A stretch of DNA of 64,000 nt from Haliotis rufescens (Eukaryota): the NCBI RefSeq assembly GCF_023055435.1, contig NW_025963813.1:3782001-3846000 (forward strand). The letters run 5' to 3'. Below the pieces are notes generated by a model. The model saw only the letters and a program-made list of their open reading frames with translations. It made no database searches and was not told the DNA's origin. The position numbers and the translations under genes are program-made. Of this stretch, positions 53,070 to 64,000 are shown in pieces. Each line of letters begins with the position of its first letter. Position 1 is the first letter of the stretch.

Positions 53070-54892
53070 CTTCACAGTTACGTCTATCCACAGTAGAATA
53101 AACGGTGTGAATGACCACGTAGCAAATACACAAGGCCTTTTATACAAATGGATAAGGAAATCAGGACACTATGAATCGAAATACTCCCAATGGAGAAAGA
53201 AAGAGAACAAGTTCTATTTTGACTTTTTCCTCAACATGTATTTGTAAACTAACACCAGATTATATAATATCACCTTGGCATTGGAGAGTTTCATTCTTTA
53301 TTATTTACGTCTTCCTGAATAACCATCAAAACATGCTGTGCATTTGTTACGTAAGGCGGCGCCCCTTGGATGTTTCTCTGTTGGATTAAATGCAAGGTGC
53401 ACTGACTCATCCAATGAATTCAAAGCAAATATGACATACAAAAACAATGAATAGACGGGTCTCTATAAAATGCAAGGACAATGATTAGCTGTAAATATCA
53501 TGTTACAATAGGTCTCGTTATGCAGTTTCTTGGTCCCATCAATGACTATTGTAAAATACCTATATCTTAAATGAGCAAACAGTAGATACTGCATGCTTTT
53601 CATTTGATGAAAATACACCGATATTTAGGGAATTACAACACGTACTACGCCTCCGTCGCCTTATATGCTGCTCGTAGCACCACAACACATACTGTAAGTG
53701 ATATCTACTCAATAATGGACACAGAAGTGACCGTGCAACCACTTATACAGGAAATATATTTACACCTATCTGAGAAGCGTAGGGATAAAAGAGGGCTACA
53801 GTCTGAAAGCAGAATATGAGACCGCTCCATGTCACACATCTGAGTTGCTTTTTTCAAAGCAGTTAAAAGAACCTAGATAATTAATTCAACTATTGTAGTC
53901 TGCATGTTTAAAATATTTCTTTGAGCTCTTTCCACACGATCGAAATCGCGTACCAATATATGCTGACCGCAGTAACCTGTAAGGGGCATACTATCTCCAT
54001 CTGACTCAGCAATACAGTAAACTAAATGTAATGTCAACGGTATTACATTTGAGAAAGAGTGCTAAATGACATCCTATTATTGTGTGCGGATAGTGTATCA
54101 ATGCAGTTAGCAAACTGATAGTCAAATGGACAGGTGTGAAGTTAACTAGGTATGGTATGTAGCTACTTTAATACTATTGTAATTCTCCACAAGGTCAGAA
54201 CTGCTAAAATGCAGAAACGCCTAAACGTGGACAAGAACAAGGTATTTGTGAAGCATTTGGGGACGATTATGTAGGGTTGAAACTTCTTTAAATCTTGAGA
54301 CAAAACGTATTAGAGGGGAAGAGTTCTGTTTTTGACGCATACACAGTGAAGACAAAATGTTGAAATACATTAAAAGTAAAATGTACTCATAGGATAGATA
54401 TATAGGTATTTTGCAATTATCAACGGAATCTGTTGAGCTAATTCTAGGGACGATGTGTATGATTTCACTAGTGGAAACTGATATATACCATGTATTTATA
54501 AATTGGCTTTCCGACAACACAGTCAAGGCAAGGAGTGAATTATTTGCAATGTTTAATTGTTAATTACCTTTTGTATTAGGAGGATTCATATGCCAACAAT
54601 GGGACTAACACTAGCTCTCGCTGCAGCTGTTTTTGTAATCAATAGGATACGGTTCTCCGTATGTGCGTTTGTATTATACATCATGTACCACATAGGTGAT
54701 ATGTGTTTCTTCTTTTAATTTGCAGGTAAGCAGTAAGTAAATACAAAGTCGAAACGACAAATTCATTTCATGGTTTTATTTGAAGTCGTTTCTCAAAGTT
54801 GACATTGTATAGTGTGGTGTAGTCAACGATTCTATGGCAACGATGGCATCAAATGTCCAGCATTTGATAGAAATGTGAAGAGCCTGTTGAGT

Positions 54893-55542
54893 TTAACCAT
54901 GGTGGCCACCGCCTCCATGGCCACCTCCTCCATGGCCGCCGCCACCGTGACCACCTCCGTGGCCACCACCACCGTGGCCGCCGCCGCCGCCACCATGACC
55001 ACCTCCGTGGCCGCCACCTCCATGTCCGCCGCCACCATGACCCCCACCACCTTTGCCGCCTCCTCCGTGGCCGCCACCCCCTTTGCCACCGCCTCCTTTT
55101 CCGCCACCTCCTCCGTGGCCGCCACCTCCTTTGCCACCGCCTCCTTTGCCACCACCTCCTTTGCCACCGCCTCCTTTGCCACCGCCTCCTTTGCCACCAC
55201 CTCCTTTTCCACCGCCTCCATGTCCTCCTCCGCCTCCTTTGCCGCCACCCCCTCCGTGGCCACCATAGGCAGAGCCAAAGAAGGCTGTGAACACTAGAAA
55301 GGAGAACAGTGCATCTGTAGTTAAATGTCTTTAAAGAACAACGCAAGAATATAGTTTTCAACCTCATACTGTTGCCAATTACCTTTTGTACGCTCTTTAA
55401 GTCACGTTGCTGTAGAAAATAGGCAATGAATTAAAAGATAAGTGAATTTATCAGTCCACATTTCAATAGAACTCACACAGCTCACGTTTGAAAGTTTGAA
55501 CTTACCCAAGGCCACAACGAGTGCAATTTTATAGAGCTGCAT
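54893..55542 (-). CDS. Secreted Gly/Lys/His-rich protein, copy 10 (145 aa; exons 55506-55542 and 54893-55293)
   Basis: Same structure; intact frame. Confidence 0.92.
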
Positions 55543-57365
55543 CTTCACAGTTACGTCTATCCACGGTAGAATAAACGGTGTGAATGACCATGTAGCAAAT
55601 ACACAAGGCCTTTTATACAAATGGATAAGGAAATCAGGACACTATGAATCGAAATACTCCCAATGGAGAAAGAAAGAGAACAAGTTCTATTTTGACTTTT
55701 TCCTCAACATGTATTTGTAAACTAACACCAGATTATATAATATCACCTTGGCATTGGAGAGTTTCATTCTTTATTATTTACGTCTTCCTGAATAACCATC
55801 AAAACATGCTGTGCATTTGTTACGTAAGGCGGCGCCCCTTGGATGTTTTTCTGTTGGATTAAATGCAAGGTGCACTGACTCATCCAATGAATTCAAAGCA
55901 AATATGACATACAAAAACAATGAATAGACGGGTCTCTATAAAATGCAAGAACAATGATTAGCTGTAAATATCATGTTACAATAGGTCTCGTTATGCAGTT
56001 TCTTGGTCCCATCAATGACTATTGTAAAATACCTATATCTTAAATGAGCAAACAGTAGATACTGCATGCTTTTCATTTGATGAAAATACACCGATATTTA
56101 GGGAATTACAACACGTACTACGCCTCCGTCGCCTTATATGCTGCTCGTAGCACCACAACACATACTGTAAGTGATATCTACTCAATAATGGACACAGAAG
56201 TGACCGTGCAACCACTTATACAGGAAATATATTTACACCTATCTGAGAAGCGTAGGGATAAAAGAGGGCTACAGTCTGAAAGCAGAATATGAGACCGCTC
56301 CATGTCACACATCTGAGTTGCTTTTTTCAAAGCAGTTAAAAGAACCTAGATAATTAATTCAACTATTGTAGTCTGCATGTTTAAAATATTTCTTTGAGCT
56401 CTTTCCACACGATCGAAATCGCGTACCAATATATGCTGACCGCAGTAACCTGTAAGGGGCATACTATCTCCATCTGACTCAGCAATACAGTAAACTAAAT
56501 GTAATGTCAACGGTATTACATTTGAGAAAGAGTGCTAAATGACATCCTATTATTGTGTGCGGATAGTGTATCAATGCAGTTAGCAAACTGATAGTCAAAT
56601 GGACAGGTGTGAAGTTAACTAGGTATGGTATGTAGCTACTTTAATACTATTGTAATTCTCCACAAGGTCAGAACTGCTAAAATGCAGAAACGCCTAAACG
56701 TGGACAAGAACAAGGTATTTATGAAGCATTTGGGGACGATTATGTAGGGTTGAAACTTCTTTAAATCTTGAGACAAAACGTATTAGAGGGGAAGAGTTCT
56801 GTTTTTGACGCATACACAGTGAAGACAAAATGTTGAAATACATTAAAAGTAAAATGTACTCATAGGATAGATATATAGGTATTTTGCAATTATCAACGGA
56901 ATCTGTTGAGCTAATTCTAGGGACGATGTGTATGATTTCACTAGTGGAAACTGATATATACCATGTATTTATAAATTGGCTTTCCGACAACACAGTCAAG
57001 GCAAGGAGTGAATTATTTGCAATGTTTAATTGTTAATTACCTTTTGTATTAGGAGGATTCATATGCCAAGAATGGGACTAACACTAGCTCTCGCTGCAGC
57101 TGTTTTTGTAATCAATAGGATACGGTTCTCCGTATGTGCGTTTGTATTATACATCATGTACCACATAGGTGATATGTGTTTCTTCTTTTAATTTGCAGGT
57201 AAGCAGTAAGTAAATACAAAGTCGAAAAGACAAATTCATTTCATGGTTTTATTTGAAGTCGTTTCTCAAAGTTGACATTGTATAGTGTGGTGTAGTCAAC
57301 GATTCTATGGCAACGATGGCATCAAATGTCCAGCATTTGATAGAAATGTGAAGAGCCTGTTGAGT

Positions 57366-58030
57366 TTAACCATGGTGGCCACCGCCTCCATGGCCACCTC
57401 CTCCATGGCCGCCGCCACCGTGACCACCTCCGTGGCCACCACCACCGTGGCCGCCGCCGCCGCCACCATGACCACCTCCGTGGCCGCCACCTCCATGTCC
57501 GCCGCCACCATGACCCCCACCACCTTTGCCGCCTCCTCCGTGGCCGCCACCCCCTTTGCCACCGCCTCCTTTTCCGCCACCTCCTCCGTGGCCGCCACCT
57601 CCTTTGCCACCGCCTCCTTTGCCACCACCTCCTTTGCCACCGCCTCCTTTGCCACCGCCTCCTTTGCCACCGCCTCCTTTGCCACCACCTCCTTTTCCAC
57701 CGCCTCCATGTCCTCCTCCGCCTCCTTTGCCGCCACCCCCTCCGTGGCCACCATAGGCAGAGCCAAAGAAGGCTGTGAACACTAGAAAGGAGAACAGTGC
57801 ATCTGTAGTTAAATGTCTTTAAAGAACAACGCAAGAATATAGTTTTCAACCTCATAATGTTGCCAATTACCTTTTGTACGCTCTTTAAGTCACGTTGCTG
57901 TAGAAAATAGGCAATGAATTAAAAGATAAGTGAATTTATCAGTCCACATTTCAATAGAACTCACACAGTTCACGTTTGAAAGTTTGAACTTACCCAAGGC
58001 CACAACGAGTGCAATTTTATAGAGCTGCAT
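57366..58030 (-). CDS. Secreted Gly/Lys/His-rich protein, copy 11 (150 aa; exons 57994-58030 and 57366-57781)
   Basis: Same structure; intact frame. Confidence 0.92.
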
Positions 58031-59853
58031 CTTCACAGTTACGTCTATCCACAGTAGAATAAACGGTGTGAATGACCACGTAGCAAATACACAAGGCCTT
58101 TTATACAAATGGATAAGGAAATCAGGACACTATGAATCGAAATACTCCCAATGGAGAAAGAAAGAGAACAAGTTCTATTTTGACTTTTTCCTCAACATGT
58201 ATTTGTAAACTAACACCAGATTATATAATATCACCTTGGCATTGGAGAGTTTCATTCTTTATTATTTACGTCTTCCTGAATAACCATCAAAACATGCTGT
58301 GCATTTGTTACGTAAGGCGGCGCCCCTTGGATGTTTCTCTGTTGGATTAAATGCAAGGTGCACTGACTCATCCAATGAATTCAAAGCAAATATGACATAC
58401 AAAAACAATGAATAGACGGGTCTCTATAAAATGCAAGGACAATGATTAGCTGTAAATATCATGTTACAATAGGTCTCGTTATGCAGTTTCTTGGTCCCAT
58501 CAATGACTATTGTAAAATACCTATATCTTAAATGAGCAAACAGTAGATACTGCATGCTTTTCATTTGATGAAAATACACCGATATTTAGGGAATTACAAC
58601 ACGTACTACGCCTCCGTCGCCTTATATGCTGCTCGTAGCACCACAACACATACTGTAAGTAATATCTACTCAATAATGGACACAGAAGTGACCGTGCAAC
58701 CACTTATACAGGAAATATATTTACACCTATCTGAGAAGCGTAGGGATAAAAGAGGGCTACAGTCTGAAAGCAGAATATGAGACCGCTCCATGTCACACAT
58801 CTGAGTTGCTTTTTTCAAAGCAGTTAAAAGAACCTAGATAATTAATTCAACTATTGTAGTCTGCATGTTTAAAATATTTCTTTGAGCTCTTTCCACACGA
58901 TCGAAATCGCGTACCAATATATGCTGACCGCAGTAACCTGTAAGGGGCATACTATCTCCATCTGACTCAGCAATACAGTAAACTAAATGTAATGTCAACG
59001 GTATTACATTTGAGAAAGAGTGCTAAATGACATCCTATTATTGTGTGCGGATAGTGTATCAATGCAGTTAGCAAACTGATAGTCAAATGGACAGGTGTGA
59101 AGTTAACTAGGTATGGTATGTAGCTACTTTAATACTATTGTACTTCTCCACAAGGTCAGAACTGCTAAAATGCAGAAACGCCTAAACGTGGACAAGAACA
59201 AGGTATTTGTGAAGCATTTGGGGACGATTATGTAGGGTTGAAACTTCTTTAAATCTTGAGACAAAACGTATTAGAGGGGAAGAGTTCTGTTTTTGACGCA
59301 TACACAGTGAAGACAAAATGTTGAAATACATTAAAAGTAAAATGTACTCATAGGATAGATATATAGGTATTTTGCAATTATCAACGGAATCTGTTGAGCT
59401 AATTCTAGGGACGATGTGTATGATTTCACTAGTGGAAACTGATATATACCATGTATTTATAAATTGGCTTTCCGACAACACAGTCAAGGCAAGGAGTGAA
59501 TTATTTGCAATGTTTAATTGTTAATTACCTTTTGTATTAGGAGGATTCATATGCCAAGAATGGGACTAACACTAGCTCTCGCTGCAGCTGTTTTTGTAAT
59601 CAATAGGATACGGTTCTCCGTATGTGCGTTTGTATTATACATCATGTACCACATAGGTGATATGTGTTTCTTCTTTTAATTTGCAGGTAAGCAGTAAGTA
59701 AATACAAAGTCGAAAAGACAAATTCATTTCATGGTTTTATTTGAAGTCGTTTCTCAAAGTTGACATTGTATAGTGTGGTGTAGTCAACGATTCTATGGCA
59801 ACGATGGCATCAAATGTCCAGCATTTGATAGAAATGTGAAGAGCCTGTTGAGT

Positions 59854-60503
59854 TTAACCATGGTGGCCACCGCCTCCATGGCCACCTCCTCCATGGCCGC
59901 CGCCACCGTGACCACCTGCGTGGCCACCACCACCGTGGCCGCCGCCGCCGCCACCATGACCACCTCCGTGGCCGCCACCTCCATGTCCGCCGCCACCATG
60001 ACCCCCACCACCTTTGCCGCCTCCTCCGTGGCCGCCACCCCCTTTGCCACCGCCTCCTTTTCCGCCACCTCCTCCGTGGCCGCCACCTCCTTTGCCACCG
60101 CCTCCTTTGCCACCACCTCCTTTGCCACCGCCTCCTTTGCCACCGCCTCCTTTGCCACCACCTCCTTTTCCACCGCCTCCATGTCCTCCTCCGCCTCCTT
60201 TGCCGCCACCCCCTCCGTGGCCACCATAGGCAGAGCCAAAGAAGGCTGTGAACACTAGAAAGGAGAACAGTGCATCTGTAGTTAAATGTCTTTAAAGAAC
60301 AACGCAAGAATATAGTTTTCAACCTCATAATGTTGCCAATTACCTTTTGTACGCTCTTTAAGTCACGTTGCTGTAGAAAATAGGCAATGAATTAAAAGAT
60401 AAGTGAATTTATCAGTCCACATTTCAATAGAACTCACACAGTTCACGTTTGAAAGTTTGAACTTACCCAAGGCCACAACGAGTGCAATTTTATAGAGCTG
60501 CAT
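59854..60503 (-). CDS. Secreted Gly/Lys/His-rich protein, copy 12 (145 aa; exons 60467-60503 and 59854-60254); one Gly>Ala
   Basis: Same structure; intact frame. Confidence 0.92.
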
Positions 60504-62326
60504 CTTCACAGTTACGTCTATCCACAGTAGAATAAACGGTGTGAATGACCACGTAGCAAATACACAAGGCCTTTTATACAAATGGATAAGGAAATCAGGA
60601 CACTATGAATCGAAATACTCCCAATGGAGAAAGAAAGAGAACAAGTTCTATTTTGACTTTTTCCTCAACATGTATTTGTAAACTAACACCAGATTATATA
60701 ATATCACCTTGGCATTGGAGAGTTTCATTCTTTATTATTTACGTCTTCCTGAATAACCATCAAAACATGCTGTGCATTTGTTACGTAAGGCGGCGCCCCT
60801 TGGATGTTTCTCTGTTGGATTAAATGCAAGGTGCACTGACTCATCCAATGAATTCAAAGCAAATATGACATACAAAAACAATGAATAGACGGGTCTCTAT
60901 AAAATGCAAGAACAATGATTAGCTGTAAATATCATGTTACAATAGGTCTCGTTATGCAGTTTCTTGGTCCCATCAATGACTATTGTAAAATACCTATATC
61001 TGAAATGAGCAAACAGTAGATACTGCATGCTTTTCATTTGATGAAAATACACCGATATTTAGGGAATTACAACACGTACTACGCCTCCGTCGCCTTATAT
61101 GCTGCTCGTAGCACCACAACACATACTGTAAGTGATATCTACTCAATAATGGACACAGAAGTGACCGTGCAACCACTTATACACGAAATATATTTACACC
61201 TATCTGAGAAGCGTAGGGATAAAAGAGGGCTACAGTCTGAAAGCAGAATATGAGACCGCTCCATGTCACACATCTGAGTTGCTTTTTTCAAAGCAGTTAA
61301 AAGAACCTAGATAATTAATTCAACTATTGTAGTCTGCATGTTTAAAATATTTCTTTGAGCTCTTTCCACACGATCGAAATCGCGTACCAATATATGCTGA
61401 CCGCAGTAACCTGTAAGGGGCATACTATCTCCATCTGACTCAGCAATACAGTAAACTAAATGTAATGTCAACGGTATTACATTTGAGAAAGAGTGCTAAA
61501 TGACATCCTATTATTGTGTGCGGATAGTGTATCAATGCAGTTAGCAAACTGATAGTCAAATGGACAGGTGTGAAGTTAACTAGGTATGGTATGTAGCTAC
61601 TTTAATACTATTGTACTTCTCCACAAGGTCAGAACTGCTAAAATGCAGAAACGCCTAAACGTGGACAAGAACAAGGTATTTGTGAAGCATTTGGGGACGA
61701 TTATGTAGGGTTGAAACTTCTTTAAATCTTGAGACAAAACGTATTAGAGGGGAAGAGTTCTGTTTTTGACGCATACACAGTGAAGACAAAATGTTGAAAT
61801 ACATTAAAAGTAAAATGTACTCATAGGATAGATATATAGGTATTTTGCAATTATCAACGGAATCTGTTGAGCTAATTCTAGGGACGATGTGTATGATTTC
61901 ACTAGTGGAAACTGATATATACCATGTATTTATAAATTGGCTTTCCGACAACACAGTCAAGGCAAGGAGTGAATTATTTGCAATGTTTAATTGTTAATTA
62001 CCTTTTGTATTAGGAGGATTCATATGCCAAGAATGGGACTAACACTAGCTCTCGCTGCAGCTGTTTTTGTAATCAATAGGATACGGTTCTCCGTATGTGC
62101 GTTTGTATTATACATCATGTACCACATAGGTGATATGTGTTTCTTCTTTTAATTTGCAGGTAAGCAGTAAGTAAATACAAAGTCGAAAAGACAAATTCAT
62201 TTCATGGTTTTATTTGAAGTCGTTTCTCAAAGTTGACATTGTATAGTGTGGTGTAGTCAACGATTCTATGGCAACGATGGCATCAAATGTCCAGCATTTG
62301 ATAGAAATGTGAAGAGCCTGTTGAGT

Positions 62327-62991
62327 TTAACCATGGTGGCCACCGCCTCCATGGCCACCTCCTCCATGGCCGCCGCCACCGTGACCACCTCCGTGGCCAC
62401 CACCACCGTGGCCGCCGCCGCCGCCACCATGACCACCTCCGTGGCCGCCACCTCCATGTCCGCCGCCACCATGACCCCCACCACCTTTGCCGCCTCCTCC
62501 GTGGCCGCCACCCCCTTTGCCACCGCCTCCTTTTCCGCCACCTCCTCCGTGGCCGCCACCTCCTTTGCCACCGCCTCCTTTGCCACCACCTCCTTTGCCA
62601 CCGCCTCCTTTGCCACCGCCTCCTTTGCCACCGCCTCCTTTGCCACCACCTCCTTTTCCACCGCCTCCATGTCCTCCTCCGCCTCCTTTGCCGCCACCCC
62701 CTCCGTGGCCACCATAGGCAGAGCCAAAGAAGGCTGTGAACACTAGAAAGGAGAACAGTGCATCTGTAGTTAAATGTCTTTAAAGAACAACGCAAGAATA
62801 TAGTTTTCAACCTCATAATGTTGCCAATTACCTTTTGTACGCTCTTTAAGTCACGTTGCTGTAGAAAATAGGCAATGAATTAAAAGATAAGTGAATTTAT
62901 CAGTCCACATTTCAATAGAACTCACACAGCTCACGTTTGAAAGTTTGAACTTACCCAAGGCCACAACGAGTGCAATTTTATAGAGCTGCAT
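62327..62991 (-). CDS. Secreted Gly/Lys/His-rich protein, copy 13 (150 aa; exons 62955-62991 and 62327-62742)
   Basis: Same structure; intact frame. Confidence 0.92.
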
Positions 62992-64000
62992 CTTCACAGT
63001 TACGTCTATCCACAGTAGAATAAACGGTGTGAATGACCACGTAGCAAATACACAAGGCCTTTTATACAAATGGATAAGGAAATCAGGACACTATGAATCG
63101 AAATACTCCCAATGGAGAAAGAAAGAGAACAAGTTCTATTTTGACTTTTTCCTCAACATGTATTTGTAAACTAACACCAGATTATATAATATCACCTTGG
63201 CATTGGAGAGTTTCATTCTTTATTATTTACGTCTTCCTGAATAACCATCAAAACATGCTGTGCATTTGTTACGTAAGGCGGCGCCCCTTGGATGTTTCTC
63301 TGTTGGATTAAATGCAAGGTGCACTGACTCATCCAATGAATTCAAAGCAAATATGACATACAAAAACAATGAATAGACGGGTCTCTATAAAATGCAAGGA
63401 CAATGATTAGCTGTAAATATCATGTTACAATAGGTCTCGTTATGCAGTTTCTTGGTCCCATCAATGACTATTGTAAAATACCTATATCTTAAATGAGCAA
63501 ACAGTAGATACTGCATGCTTTTCATTTGATGAAAATACACCGATATTTAGGGAATTACAACACGTACTACGCCTCCGTCGCCTTATATGCTGCTCGTAGC
63601 ACCACAACACATACTGTAAGTGATATCTACTCAATAATGGACACAGAAGTGACCGTGCAACCACTTATACACGAAATATATTTACACCTATCTGAGAAGC
63701 GTAGGGATAAAAGAGGGCTACAGTCTGAAAGCAGAATATGAGACCGCTCCATGTCACACATCTGAGTTGCTTTTTTCAAAGCAGTTAAAAGAACCTAGAT
63801 AATTAATTCAACTATTGTAGTCTGCATGTTTAAAATATTTCTTTGAGCTCTTTCCACACGATCGAAATCGCGTACCAATATATGCTGACCGCAGTAACCT
63901 GTAAGGGGCATACTATCTCCATCTGACTCAGCAATACAGTAAACTAAATGTAATGTCAACGGTATTACATTTGAGAAAGAGTGCTAAATGACATCCTATT

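Larger units (their letters stand above)
32781..64000 (-). repeat. Tandem gene array, ~2.49-kb unit, 13 complete genes, continuing past the window end
   Basis: ATG-to-ATG spacings 2485, 1724, 1733, 2436, 2519, 2488, 2488, 2488, 2473, 2488, 2473 and 2488 bp; spacers near-identical. Confidence 0.98.

Overview
AT-rich, repeat-dense animal genomic DNA. The SINE and Helentron-like families look molluscan, possibly gastropod/abalone; this is inferred from repeat motifs only and is not verified. 1-31 kb: no protein-coding gene I can support. It holds three SINE-like families (several copies with clean TSDs), TA-flanked MITEs, Helentron/HINE-like elements and five tandem arrays (39, 74, 31, 44 and 44 bp units). 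31.2-32.8 kb: a decayed, 5'-truncated LINE with a nested SINE. From ~32.8 kb to the window end: a head-to-tail array of ~2.49 kb units (two units ~1.73 kb) carrying 13 intact minus-strand two-exon genes. Each has a TATA box, Inr, a phase-1 GT-AG intron of 212 nt and an AATAAA signal. Spliced, each encodes a signal peptide (MQLYKIALVVALVFTAFFGSAYG) followed by a mature chain built almost entirely of Gly, Lys and His (GGGGK then GGGGH blocks, ~80% Gly), usually ending in HHG. The ORF track misses the signal exon. This amplified secreted Gly/Lys/His polypeptide family is the main finding. Second, two tandem arrays appear to be amplified copies of the structured 5' head motif of a non-tRNA SINE.
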